In this document: in pieces, positions 10,255-19,897 of the stretch
Numbering within the stretch: the stretch's first letter is position 1
How the letters are laid out: every line of letters begins with the position of its first letter
Assembly (NCBI GenBank): GCA_963764165.1
Contig: CAVXRD010000002.1
Span: 160,001 to 224,000, forward strand
DNA from: an uncultured Verrucomicrobiae bacterium
Lineage (GTDB): Bacteria; Verrucomicrobiota; Verrucomicrobiia; Limisphaerales; Palsa-1400
Direction: 5' to 3'
Length of the DNA: 64,000 nucleotides
Translations under genes and position numbers: made by a program
The notes under the pieces: model-generated
What the model was told of the DNA's origin: nothing
The model's input: only the letters and a program-made list of their open reading frames with translations
Database searches by the model: none

Positions 10255-10346
10255 TACCAAAAGAGGACTCCAACGAAAGGGCGCAAAGGGACCGCAGGTC
10301 AAGCCCAGTAAGAAATGCTTCGCCCGAACCATGCAGTTCATTTCAC

Positions 10347-10486
10347 GGGGAGCACACCCGCCCTCGGGTGTGGACGACTGGCGCCTCGCCAGTCGCTGTC
10401 GGCAAATTCTTCGAACTAAACGGTTCAGTCTTTGAATGTGTTCCGCGAGGGCGCGGAACACTGCACGCGAGGCGCGTGCGCTCCCC
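10347..10486. repeat. REP-like inverted doublet (GGGAGC(A/G)CAC family)
   Basis: GGGGAGCACACCCGCCCTCGGGTG ... CACGCGAGGCGCGTGCGCTCCCC with internal hairpins; right arm recurs at 15717-15765. Confidence 0.75.
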
Positions 10487-10572
10487 AAACCATCTGCATC
10501 GTTCCGGCTTAGACAGGATGAACATGATTAACAGGTTAAAAGCCGGAGGGGCGGAGAGCGGATTTGCCTTTC

Positions 10573-10602
10573 TTCCTCTGCGCACTCATCTTCTCTGCGC
10601 GA
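10573..10602. repeat. Dispersed CGCAGAG-type repeat arm
   Basis: Reverse complement TCGCGCAGAGAAGATGAGTGCGCAGAGGAA matches 30718-30746 except for one indel. Confidence 0.65.
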
Positions 10603-10730
10603 GATTCCTTTTCCGCTCGGGCACCGGAAATGGGAGTTATGAATTGCAAGTTACTAACTGAAAGCAATTTGTGTTACTTTGCCGACGCGCAGATGGGAAG
10701 AATGGGAATAATGGGAGCCATCAGCGACCG

Positions 10731-11561
10731 TTAGGCGAGCAAATGGCGTACGAAATCGACCGATTCTTTGATTCCGGGAACAGGGTCAGCGCCGCCCTTT
10801 TCGTATTCGAAGGCCACGATTCGCGAGTATTTCACTTCGATCAACGCGGCGATTATCCCTTTAATGTCCAAGTGGCCCTTGCCGACCTCCATGGGAATGT
10901 CTTTGGTCGCGCCCTTCTCGGCAAGCGAGTCCTTGAAATGAATGTCGTATAAGCGGCTCTGGCATTTGCGAATCGCGTCCACGGGTTCGACGCCGGCGCG
11001 ATAGCAATGCCCCACATCGATGCACACGCCGATGCGTTTATCATAGGGTTGAATGGCCGTCCAGGCATCCAAAGGCGAAGGATATTCCTTGTCACCGGGA
11101 CCGTGATTGTGAACAGCCAGCGTTTGGTTGTATTCTTTGACAAACTTTTCCACCAGCGGATAGGCGTTGAGGGCTGGTTTGCAAATCATCGTCGGAAGGC
11201 CGACGGCTTTCGCATTCTCGAAGGCAACGCGCACCTTGGCTTCGTCATTGGGCAAATTGATTACGCCACATCCGGTCACGTGCAATCCGGCATCCTTGAA
11301 TTTTTGCGCGGCGGCCCGGCATTGCTCCGGCGTGCCGGTCCACGGGCAGTGCGTTCCGAAAAGCGAGACGTTTTCGAGCCCGACCGACTTCGCGGCCGCA
11401 ATGACTTTATCCACCGGAAATTTTGAAACGGAAACGGTGGCCAATCCCAATTGAAACCGAACTTGCGCCGCTTTTGCCTTAAACGTCGTTCCCGCCAAAA
11501 TTCCCGCCGCGAACATGGCGGTGGTGCCAACGGCTTGCCGCCGAGTCATTAGAGTTGCCAT
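10731..11561 (-). CDS. Sugar phosphate isomerase/epimerase (xylose-isomerase-like TIM barrel) with Tat-like signal
   Basis: TRRQAV twin-arginine leader; HNH, DVGH, DIHFKD, EYE motifs. Confidence 0.85.
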   Translation of the reverse strand: MATLMTRRQAVGTTAMFAAGILAGTTFKAKAAQVRFQLGLATVSVSKFPVDKVIAAAKSVGLENVSLFGTHCPWTGTPEQCRAAAQKFKDAGLHVTGCGVINLPNDEAKVRVAFENAKAVGLPTMICKPALNAYPLVEKFVKEYNQTLAVHNHGPGDKEYPSPLDAWTAIQPYDKRIGVCIDVGHCYRAGVEPVDAIRKCQSRLYDIHFKDSLAEKGATKDIPMEVGKGHLDIKGIIAALIEVKYSRIVAFEYEKGGADPVPGIKESVDFVRHLLA

Positions 11562-11599
11562 GGGTCGATCTTAGAATTGGCGGTCTGCCGCGTCGAGCT

Positions 11600-11627
11600 T
11601 GTAATATTGGCGCCGGCAGCCGCGACT
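11600..11627 (+). promoter_or_regulatory. Possible autoregulatory ECF promoter
   Basis: TGTAAT-N17-CGACT directly upstream of the ECF sigma gene. Confidence 0.35.
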
Positions 11628-11649
11628 AATCTATACAGAGAACGGCATT

Positions 11650-12180
11650 ATGCCCCCGAACGACACGCACGAACGCGACGAAAGATTCCTGGCGCTGGTC
11701 AATGAGAACCGCGCGAGGATTCTTAAAATCTGCCGTGTCTACGCCAGCAACCCGTCTGACCACGAAGACCTCTACCAGGAAATACTCATGCAAATCTGGC
11801 GAAGTTTCGGAAGCCTTCAGGAAGCCGCGCACGCGGATACGTGGCTTTATCGCGTAGCGCTGAACACCGGCATTTCCTTCCTGCGAAAGCGGACGGCCGC
11901 GCACGCCAAATCGACACTGTCGCTGGCCCCGGATCAGATTCGCGAACTCGCCGACAAACAGCCCGCCGACAGTCAAGAGAATTCCCAAGCGCTAGCCGTG
12001 TTATACGAAGCCATTTCCAAGTTGGACGCAGTCGAGCGCGCGCTGATCACACTTTTTCTTGAAGACCTGAGCTACGAACAGATTGCGGAAGTGCTTGGGA
12101 CAACGACCAGCAACATTGGCGTCATGCTGCATCGTGCCAAAAAGAAACTCGCCGCGCTAACGCAGGAGGTTGCGCCATGA
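11650..12180 (+). CDS. ECF RNA polymerase sigma factor
   Basis: EDLYQEI..QIWRS, TWLYRVALNT, region 4 LSYEQIAEVLG. Confidence 0.92.
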   Translation: MPPNDTHERDERFLALVNENRARILKICRVYASNPSDHEDLYQEILMQIWRSFGSLQEAAHADTWLYRVALNTGISFLRKRTAAHAKSTLSLAPDQIRELADKQPADSQENSQALAVLYEAISKLDAVERALITLFLEDLSYEQIAEVLGTTTSNIGVMLHRAKKKLAALTQEVAP

Positions 12181-12776
12181 ACGAAGATGACTTGAAGAAA
12201 CTCTGGCGGCAGCAACCGTTGAATGTTCCCCCGCCACTTGCGGGAGCAGGCCAGATACGAGACATCGAGCAGAAGATGAAACGCTTTGATCGCATTATCA
12301 AATGGCGCGACGTGCGGGAATTGGCCGCGTGCGCTGTTGTGGCAGTTGCGTTTGGCGGGCTGTTCGTTGGCGTGCATCCGCCGGTGGCGCGGCTTGGGTG
12401 CGCGATCACCGTTGCTGGGGCGTTTTTCATTGCCTGGCGTCTCGTGTCAAGCAAACGCAAAGCGGGGCCGGAAATTCCCGGCGCGCCGGTGATGGAGGCT
12501 TTGCGCCGGGAGATTCTCAAGGTGGATATTCAAATCTCGCTGCTGCGTTCCGTTTGGTGGTGGTATCTTCTGCCCACACTCGGCGGCGCTTCCATTTTTG
12601 CTTTGGGTGTTCAACCGGACCCGCGCAAGCGAATCGTGATGCTGGCCGCATTTCTATTCGCGGGCGTGGTGGTCCATTGGGTGAATCAACGCGCGGTGCG
12701 GCAGTATCTCGTGCCGCTCAAAACTGAACTCGAATCCATGATTGGTTCGAGTTCGCAAACTGACAAAACAAAATGA
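12177..12776 (+). CDS. Putative membrane anti-sigma factor
   Basis: ATGA overlap with the sigma gene; DDLKKLW N-terminus and about four TM segments. Confidence 0.75.
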   Translation: MNEDDLKKLWRQQPLNVPPPLAGAGQIRDIEQKMKRFDRIIKWRDVRELAACAVVAVAFGGLFVGVHPPVARLGCAITVAGAFFIAWRLVSSKRKAGPEIPGAPVMEALRREILKVDIQISLLRSVWWWYLLPTLGGASIFALGVQPDPRKRIVMLAAFLFAGVVVHWVNQRAVRQYLVPLKTELESMIGSSSQTDKTK

Positions 12777-14411
12777 AATCAATCGTTACAAATACCTTGC
12801 ACTTAATTCAATCCAAACGGCCGGTAGGGCGAGGCTCCTGCCGAACCATCCCCTTTCTGCGTATCGCACGCTTCCAAGCCTGCATGACGTGTTGCGGCAA
12901 GCAGATTTGGAAATCTGCGATACAGCAGACTTGGAAGTCTGCGCTACGCCTTCAGCAGGCATTCGTTGCGAATGAGGACGGCTCGGCGGGAGCCTCGCCC
13001 TACCGTGCTTTTTCGAATGCGACCATCGAATTATTTATTCGGCCAGCGGCTATTGCGCTGCTCTTTCTTGCAAACAGCGTGATCGCAAAGGCCGATTCCA
13101 AACTTCCCTCGGACAATGCCATCCAGGCCGTCCTTACGAAATGCGTGGCCGAACAGAATCGCGCCCCGGGCATTGTCATCGGGGTAGTCGACTCCAGCGG
13201 CGCGCGTGTATTTGCCAGGGGCACGATCGATTACGATGATCCAAAATCCGTCACGGGCGACAGCGTTTTTGAAATCGGCTCGGCGTCAAAGGTCTTCACC
13301 GCACTGCTGCTGGAGGAGATGGTGGAGAACGGCGAAGTGAAGTTAGACGATCCAGTTGGCAAATATCTTCCCGCCTCCATCAAAGTGCCCTCGCGAAATG
13401 GCCGCGAAATAACGCTGGTTGATCTTGCCACACAAACTTCCGGGCTGCCACGATTGCCGGACAATCTCGATTCCAAGGACTTCAATAATCCCTACGCCGA
13501 TTACACTGCCGACAAGCTCTACGAATATCTTTCGCAGTGCAAACTGACGCGTGATATTGGCAGCAAATACGAATACTCCAACCTCGCCGTCGGGTTGCTC
13601 GGTCATGCCCTGGCGCTGCGCGCGAAATCCGATTACGAGAACGCTCCTGGTGAATCGCATTTGCAATCCGCTTCACATGGACAGCACGCGCATCACGCTG
13701 TCCCCGGAATTGAAAGCGCGCCTCGCACTGGGCCATAACGCAGCCGGGTTCCTCGCGCAGAATTGGGACTTGAACGTGCTGGCTGGCGCAGGCGGCATCC
13801 GCTCCACCGTGAACGACTTGGTGAAATTCATGGCGGCAAACGCGGGTTTGAGCAACAGTACCCTATCGCACGCAATGGCAGCCACCCATGAACCGCGGCA
13901 TGAAACTTCACCGGGCGGGAAAATCGGCCTCATTTGGCAGATTAAAACTTCGTCGGGCGTTGTCTGGCACAATGGCGGGACAGGTGGGTATCATTCCTAT
14001 ATTGGCATGGCGAAGAATCCGAATCGCGCCGTAGTCGTCCTCGCCAACTCTGCCAATGACATCGATGACATCGGCCAATATCTGCTCGGTGATCGCAACG
14101 ACGTGAAAGATTTCGAAGCGCCCAAGCATCACAAATTGGCGAAGATCGATACCAAGGTTTACGACGATTACGAGGGGGTTTATCAATTCAGCGGCGCGCC
14201 TGTCACTATTACGATGACTCGCGATGGCGACCGTTTTTACGCACAAATGACGGGGCAGGACAAATTCGAAGTTTTCCCGGAATCGGCGACGGACTTTTTC
14301 TTCAAGATCGTCGATGCGCAACTGACGTTCGAGCGGAACGCGGATAAATCCGTGAGCGCGGTCATCCTGCACCAAGGTGGAATCGATCAACGCGTGACTA
14401 GAGTCAAGTAA
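12773..14411 (+). pseudogene. Serine hydrolase (class C beta-lactamase/AmpH-like) with C-terminal DUF3471-like domain; +1 frameshift near 13640
   Basis: FEIGSASK (SxxK) and YEYSN in ORF 12773-13738; WHNGGTGG in ORF 13551-14411; GAT TAC GAG A ACG CTC CTG has one extra base. Confidence 0.8.
12822..13005. repeat. GTAG-type REP doublet containing a second REP-like unit
   Basis: CGGTAGGGCGAGGCTCCTGCCGAACC ... GGCTCGGCGGGAGCCTCGCCCTACCG; internal GCAGATTTGGAAATCTGC / GCAGACTTGGAAGTCTGCGCTAC at 12901-12947. Confidence 0.8.
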
Positions 14412-14427
14412 AGACGTTCGCGAAGCG

Positions 14428-14531
14428 AGGTAGGGACGCCTCGCCGAGGCGTCCGGTTGCGTGTGAAGAATGCAACGGCTCTCGCATAAAGAAAGCCTCA
14501 CCCCGGACGCCTCGGCGAGGCGTCCCTACCT
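14428..14531. repeat. GTAG-type REP doublet (intact copy of the family targeted by IS1182)
   Basis: Perfect 29-bp inverted arms AGGTAGGGACGCCTCGCCGAGGCGTCCGG / CCGGACGCCTCGGCGAGGCGTCCCTACCT, between convergent genes. Confidence 0.9.
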
Positions 14532-15635
14532 TCAAACCAGAGCGTTGCCGGTCGCGGTGTCAAAGAAACAGACCCCGCCCATGTCAAAATTCAGCGCCAG
14601 GCGTTCCCCTGCCCTGGCGCTGACGCCACTGGCGGTTCGAAGAACAAAAGGAATTCCGTGCGCCGCGCAGTAAATCAAATTCTCAGGCCCCATCCGCTCA
14701 ACGCGCTGAACGCATCCCTCGATGCCCAATGGTCCGGCGACTGAAATGCGCTCGGGCCGCAAGCCAAGCGTGACCGCCTTGCCTGTATGGCTCACCAGTC
14801 TCTGGCCAATGCCTCGTTCGAGCGGCACGACAAATCGATTTTCGACTCCTCCAGTGAAGGCCAGGGATCCGTTGCACTGCTGCAATGTCCCCTCGACAAA
14901 ATTCATCGGCGGCGAACCCATGAAACCCGCCACAAAACGGTTGGCCGGGCGCTCGTATAATTCCACCGGCGACCCGATTTGCTGCAACGCGCCATCGCGC
15001 ATCACCGCGACGCGGTCCGCCAGCGCCATCGCCTCGGCCTGGTCGTGCGTCACGTAAATCATCATCGCGCCCGCTTTGCGGCGGAGTTCCGTGATTTCCC
15101 CGCGCAGTTGCAGGCGCATGGGTGAATCGAGATTGGAAAGCGGCTCGTCAAATAGAAAAACTTTCGGCTGCCGCACCAGTGCCCGTCCAAGCGCCACCCG
15201 CTGGCATTCGCCGCCGGAAAGCGCGGGCGGCTTGCGTTCCAGCAAGGTTGTCAAATGAAGCATTTCCGCCGCGGAATTCACCCGCCGCGCAATTTCGTCC
15301 TTGGGCACCTTGCGCAGCATCAGCCCGAAGGCGAGATTTTCGTAGGCCGTCAAATGCGGCAGCAGCGCGTGGTTTTGAAACAACATCGCCACATCGCGAT
15401 CCCTCGGCGGCACACCGGCAAGCGACACGCCATCGAGTTGAATGTTGCCTTCATCCGGCGTTTCCAAACCGGCGATCAAACGCAGCGTCGTCGTCTTTCC
15501 GCAGCCCGAAGGACCGACGATGACGAGAAATTCCTGATCAGCGAGGGCTAGATCAAGATGCGACACCGCGCCGACGTTTTCACGCCGCGCTCCTTTGAAC
15601 TGCTTGGAAACATTCTCAAGAACCAACCGAGCCAT
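14532..15635 (-). CDS. Carbohydrate ABC transporter ATP-binding protein (MalK/UgpC-like)
   Basis: GPSGCGKTT, LSGGECQRVALGRAL, DEPLSNLD, TOBE-like tail; start ATG 15635. Confidence 0.92.
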   Translation of the reverse strand: MARLVLENVSKQFKGARRENVGAVSHLDLALADQEFLVIVGPSGCGKTTTLRLIAGLETPDEGNIQLDGVSLAGVPPRDRDVAMLFQNHALLPHLTAYENLAFGLMLRKVPKDEIARRVNSAAEMLHLTTLLERKPPALSGGECQRVALGRALVRQPKVFLFDEPLSNLDSPMRLQLRGEITELRRKAGAMMIYVTHDQAEAMALADRVAVMRDGALQQIGSPVELYERPANRFVAGFMGSPPMNFVEGTLQQCNGSLAFTGGVENRFVVPLERGIGQRLVSHTGKAVTLGLRPERISVAGPLGIEGCVQRVERMGPENLIYCAAHGIPFVLRTASGVSARAGERLALNFDMGGVCFFDTATGNALV

Positions 15636-15716
15636 CGCCCGATTTTCATTGGGCCACGCGCGGCTGTCCAGAACCGTTTGTGAAATGCGCGCATCTAGTG
15701 TTGCAGAGCGGAGGAT

Positions 15717-15765
15717 GCGGTCGGCGAGGGCGCCGACCGCGACACGCGAGGCGCGTGTGCTCCCC
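15717..15765. repeat. Single REP-like arm (GGGAGCACAC family)
   Basis: GCGGTCGGCGAGGGCGCCGACCGC hairpin then CACGCGAGGCGCGTGTGCTCCCC, as at 10440-10486. Confidence 0.7.
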
Positions 15766-15840
15766 AAACAGGTCGATCCAAGCGTACGGCGACTTAGATG
15801 TCCGGGGAGCGGAGGCGCCCCCGCATGCAGCGGGACGCGC

Positions 15841-16317
15841 CTAGCGTACAGCATCACGCAATTCCAATAAATGCGTCACGTCTTTTGTCGATTCGGTTGG
15901 GCGAAAGCCATTCGATTCAAAAAAAGCGGCCGCCGCCTCAGTTCGCAGATGCAACAGCTCGAAGCGCCCGCGCGCTTCTGCAATCACCGCTTGCAGCAAC
16001 GCCTTCCCAAGTCCCTGTTTGCGGTATTTCGGGAAGACATAGAGGCGGCGCACGCGACCAACTCGTTCGTCCGCCGCATACGGATCGCAATTCAGCCCGC
16101 AAATGCCAGCAACGACGCCGTCGATTTGACAGCAAAACAACGCTTCACCAGGACGTTCAAAGCGATTCGCGCCCGACTCCCATTCGCGCATCAAGCGATC
16201 AACAAACTTAAAGCCTTCCGAGAGGCTTGAAGCGCGCAATTCCGCGAGCAATTCGGGGTCAAGTCGAATGATTATGGAAATGTGGATCATTTGGGACTGC
16301 GCTTCACCCACCATCAC
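15841..16317 (-). CDS. GNAT family N-acetyltransferase
   Basis: VRRLYVFPKYRKQGLGKALL acetyl-CoA motif, FFESNGF. Confidence 0.85.
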   Translation of the reverse strand: MMVGEAQSQMIHISIIIRLDPELLAELRASSLSEGFKFVDRLMREWESGANRFERPGEALFCCQIDGVVAGICGLNCDPYAADERVGRVRRLYVFPKYRKQGLGKALLQAVIAEARGRFELLHLRTEAAAAFFESNGFRPTESTKDVTHLLELRDAVR

Positions 16318-17210
16318 GACAAGGCCGGCCGCCTTCGGAGCGCGAGGACTGCAGCCGCCGCGCCGCCCAAAACCGCAAGCAACGTTCCCTCCGTCAGCCA
16401 GCGGAAGAACGCGCGGTAATTTGGAAAAGTTGGTTTTTGCTCCGCTCTGGCCGGATTGAGGACGGTGACATTCGCGCTGGTTTTCCCGCGCTTTTCCTCC
16501 TCCACTTCGAACTGATGGTAACTTTCGGCCATCGCGTTGGCAATCAGCGCAGCCTGCGCCGGATCCGGGCTGCTGGCGGAAATCTCGTACAAATCCATCA
16601 GGCGCGTTCGTTTGACGGTGATTAGTCTCAAAAGGCGGCCATACGTTTCGGCCATTGTGAATCGAGGCAGATTAGCCTGTTGCGCCAATTTCTCGTCCAA
16701 ACGCAGTTGGACGATGACGTTGGTCAGGAGCCGGTAGGATTCCATAATCTTCGGCTGCGTCCTCGTAAAATAAGCATCTTTGCCGGGGTTCGATGCCCTA
16801 ACCAGAACCTGGCTGGAATAGACGCGAGGAGACCAGAGCATTAGCAATTCGCTCCAGACCAGCGCCGCCACTGTCGCACCGATAAACACCCGCAGAAACG
16901 CGAGCCGAACAGGTGTGTCGCGCCGCAGAGTGTTCGCGAATTTGCCGAACAACCCTCCCCCCTCGCGCAAGCTGGAAATGTGTTCCGTGACTATCGTTCT
17001 CACCAAATCCACCAACGCACGCATCCACAGCAATCCCAGCCCCAAACTGCGTGACCGGCGCCACGCATCCCGACATTGATCGCGGAAGACTTGTTTCATC
17101 GGCGCGCCGAACTCGCGGCGAAAGGCCCCTGGATACATGCACAGCAAGCACGCATAAATCCGGACGGAGATATCCACGGCGCGGCTATCGGATTTGTTGG
17201 GCGCGCTCAT
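16314..17210 (-). CDS. PadR-associated membrane protein with a Wzz/GumC-like periplasmic segment
   Basis: N-terminal YACLLCMYPGAFRREFGAPM domain typical of genes after PadR; TM, then SPDPAQAALIANAMAESY, then TM. Confidence 0.7.
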   Translation of the reverse strand: MSAPNKSDSRAVDISVRIYACLLCMYPGAFRREFGAPMKQVFRDQCRDAWRRSRSLGLGLLWMRALVDLVRTIVTEHISSLREGGGLFGKFANTLRRDTPVRLAFLRVFIGATVAALVWSELLMLWSPRVYSSQVLVRASNPGKDAYFTRTQPKIMESYRLLTNVIVQLRLDEKLAQQANLPRFTMAETYGRLLRLITVKRTRLMDLYEISASSPDPAQAALIANAMAESYHQFEVEEEKRGKTSANVTVLNPARAEQKPTFPNYRAFFRWLTEGTLLAVLGGAAAAVLALRRRPALS

Positions 17211-17593
17211 GCTGCTCCTTCTCTCGCTGGCTTTTGAAGATGGCTGAGAAGCTGTTTGCGCCGGGCCAGCTTCGCCATCTCATGGTATCGCCGCGCCTCC
17301 GCTTCGACGACGCGCTGCCCAACCCCGGTCAGGCGATAGTAACGGCGCCGCTCGTCATCCTCCTTGGCGGCCGGACGTTGGTCCGATTCCTCGATCAACC
17401 CAGCCTTGAGCAGTCTCTTGATGGTTCCGTAGAGCGTGCCGGGCCCCATTTTAATTCCCCCATCCGTGGTTTCCGCGACGTCCTGCATGATGGCATAGCC
17501 GTGCCGCTCCCCATCGGCCAAGGCGAGCAGGATGTGGAAAACCGCGGGTGTCAGCGGCAAAAAATCTTCGGGATCAATATCTAATGTCTTCAT
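17207..17593 (-). CDS. PadR family transcriptional regulator
   Basis: ILLALADGERHGYAIM, GPGTLYGTIKRL, RRRYYRLT. Confidence 0.93.
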   Translation of the reverse strand: MKTLDIDPEDFLPLTPAVFHILLALADGERHGYAIMQDVAETTDGGIKMGPGTLYGTIKRLLKAGLIEESDQRPAAKEDDERRRYYRLTGVGQRVVEAEARRYHEMAKLARRKQLLSHLQKPAREGAA

Positions 17594-17614
17594 GGCGAAC
17601 TATCATTTTGACGG

Positions 17615-17635
17615 TTATATCCATTACGGATATAA
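17615..17635. promoter_or_regulatory. Putative PadR operator
   Basis: Perfect TTATATCC-N5-GGATATAA palindrome about 21 bp upstream of the padR start. Confidence 0.6.
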
Positions 17636-17764
17636 AATGGCAGAACTGGTTTGCGGCGTCAAGCCCTTTAGTTGCGCAAATCAAGCCCTTGTGAAAAAAT
17701 CTCGGCAATGCGGTGAAAATTGGATTTGCAATGCGTCCGTTCATCGAAAAAATTACGGCTGCGA

Positions 17765-18373
17765 ATGACCAAACCCAAAACCAAAAAGGCCGCGAGGGCA
17801 AAGCCGGCACCAGTCAAGCCGCTTGAGTTTCCAGGATCATCCGAATTTCGCGCCTGGCTGGAATTAAACCACGACAAGTGTGATGGCATCTGGCTGCGGT
17901 TTTTCAAGAAGGCGTCGAAGGTGGTGTCTGTCAATTATGCGGAAGCGCTCGATCATTCACTCAGTTTTGGGTGGATTGACGGGCAGGTGCGCCCGTTTGA
18001 CGAGAAATCGTGGATACAGAAATTCACGCCGCGCCGCGCCCGCAGTTCGTGGTCGAAGCGGAATACCGAACACGTCGCGCGCCTGACCAAATCCGGCCTT
18101 ATGCATGCCGCCGGCCAAAAGGCCATCGACGCCGCCAAGGCTGATGGGCGCTGGGCGGCTGCCTATGATTCGCCGCGCAACGCAGCCCCGCCGGCGGATT
18201 TTCTCAAAGCGCTTGAGTCAAATAAAAAGGCGAAGGAGTTTTTCGCCATCCTCAACCGCGCCAATATTTATTACATCGCCTACAACCTTCAGACCGCCAA
18301 GAAACCGGAGACGCGGGAGCGGCGTTTTAAGATGATTATGGATTCGCTGGAGCGCGGGAAGAAATTTCACTGA
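17765..18373 (+). CDS. YdeI/OmpD-associated (bacteriocin-protection) family protein
   Basis: FRAWLELNH, FGWIDG, FTPRRARSSWS, AKKPETRERR. Confidence 0.85.
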   Translation: MTKPKTKKAARAKPAPVKPLEFPGSSEFRAWLELNHDKCDGIWLRFFKKASKVVSVNYAEALDHSLSFGWIDGQVRPFDEKSWIQKFTPRRARSSWSKRNTEHVARLTKSGLMHAAGQKAIDAAKADGRWAAAYDSPRNAAPPADFLKALESNKKAKEFFAILNRANIYYIAYNLQTAKKPETRERRFKMIMDSLERGKKFH

Positions 18374-18386
18374 CCTCGCCGAATTA

Positions 18387-18554
18387 AGGTAGCAACGGCC
18401 TCGCCGAGGCGTCCGAAGCCGTGGCAAATTGTTGACGTTTTCTTTTCCCCAGAGCAAGCGGCAGGCGCCAGCTTTGCCACACTGCGCGTTAGCACATATG
18501 TGTGCGTTGGAAAATCATCACATCCCCGGACGCCTCGGCGAGGCGTCCCGACCT
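18387..18554. repeat. GTAG-type REP doublet (diverged, longer spacer)
   Basis: AGGTAGCAACGGCCTCGCCGAGGCGTCCG ... CGGACGCCTCGGCGAGGCGTCCCGACCT between convergent genes. Confidence 0.85.
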
Positions 18555-18577
18555 TTAATCAGCGGGCTTCGCCCGGG

Positions 18578-19684
18578 TTACATGTTTCGGACGAAGACCT
18601 TGCCTGGCAGCTGGCGAACCATCCGTTTCATTTCCAAGCCCAGCAAACCAACTGATACCGCCGAGGCCGGCAAGCCGCTTCGCCGGATGATGTCGTCGAT
18701 GCTGATCTCCTGGCTGTCAACCAAATCGTAGATGGTTGTTTCGTTTTCGGACAGCGACAAGGCGGGCATATCCGGCGAGTCCTTCAGCATCGAAGGCCGC
18801 TTGCTGGCTGGGAACAGATATTCAAACTCAGAGAGGATGTCATCAATGCCTTCGCATAGCTTTGCGCCGTTCTTGATGAGGTCGTGGCAGCCCTTGCTGC
18901 GCGGAGAATCGATGCGGCCGGGCACCGCGAAAACCTGCCGCCCGTTCTCCGCCGCCATCTTGGCCGTGATGAGCGCCCCGCTGGTGAGATTCGCCTCGAC
19001 GACAACGGTGCCGAGCGTCATGCCAGCCACAATGCGGTTTCGGATGGGAAAACTTTGCTTGTCGGCTTTGCGATTGAAAGGGAATTGGGTAATGACCGCG
19101 CCTTGGGTGGCGATGCGCTCGAACAGCTCCCGATTTTCCGACGGGAACACAATGTTGATCCCTGTGCCCAGCACGGCAATGGTGCGCCCTTTGGATTGGA
19201 GCGCGCCTTGATGCGCCGCCGTGTCGATGCCCCGCGCTCCACCGCTGACCACCGTCACTCCGATGTAGCCCAATTGATAGGAGAATTTGCGCGCGACTTC
19301 CACCCCGTAATGAGTGGTCATGCGCGAGCCGACAATGGCCACCGCGTTCTTATCCTTCGCCAGCAGCGTTCCCTTCACGTAGAGGACGATGGGAGGATCG
19401 TAGATTTGCTTGAGGTGCTCGGGATAAGCGTCGTCAGTGGGAATAACGATTTGGCAGCCGTATTTTTCGATGTTCGCCAGTTCCCCTTTGAGGTCGATGG
19501 ATTTTTCCCAGCCCGCGATGGCCGCCGCCGTTTCCGGGCCGATGCCTTGGACGCGCTGCAATTGGGAAACGCCCGCCTTTAGTATGTCACCCGGCTCGGC
19601 AAAGTGCTCGAGCAACTGCCGGGCGCGCACCGGGCCAATGCCGTCAATAAGATTTAGCGCAACAAACGTTTCGCGGGCATCCAC
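18578..19684 (-). CDS. dprA: DNA-processing protein DprA
   Basis: VAIVGSR, VSGGARGIDTAAH, FPIRNRIVAG, SGALITA, C-terminal winged helix; start probably GTG 19684. Confidence 0.93.
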   Translation of the reverse strand: MDARETFVALNLIDGIGPVRARQLLEHFAEPGDILKAGVSQLQRVQGIGPETAAAIAGWEKSIDLKGELANIEKYGCQIVIPTDDAYPEHLKQIYDPPIVLYVKGTLLAKDKNAVAIVGSRMTTHYGVEVARKFSYQLGYIGVTVVSGGARGIDTAAHQGALQSKGRTIAVLGTGINIVFPSENRELFERIATQGAVITQFPFNRKADKQSFPIRNRIVAGMTLGTVVVEANLTSGALITAKMAAENGRQVFAVPGRIDSPRSKGCHDLIKNGAKLCEGIDDILSEFEYLFPASKRPSMLKDSPDMPALSLSENETTIYDLVDSQEISIDDIIRRSGLPASAVSVGLLGLEMKRMVRQLPGKVFVRNM

Positions 19685-19741
19685 GCGCGGAGCAAACAGG
19701 TTTTCCGCCCAAACCGCAAGCCATAACCACAGAGACGGGAA

Positions 19742-19882
19742 GCCACAGACGGCACAGATCAACACAGATAAATTCAAAACCCGAAAAGAAACGGGAGATC
19801 GAGTCGGTTACTGAAAACTTCTCGCGTTGGCGTCCTTCACAATCAGTTCTTTAAAATCTGTGTTGATCTGTGCATCTGTGGC
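19742..19882. repeat. CACAGAT-type inverted repeat pair
   Basis: GCCACAGACGGCACAGATCAACACAGAT ... ATCTGTGTTGATCTGTGCATCTGTGGC. Confidence 0.8.
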
Positions 19883-19897
19883 TCGAAAAGGAGTTTG

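Noticed and set aside
15636..15857. N-terminal extension of the ABC ATPase
   Set aside because: It runs through a REP arm; family similarity starts at ATG 15635.
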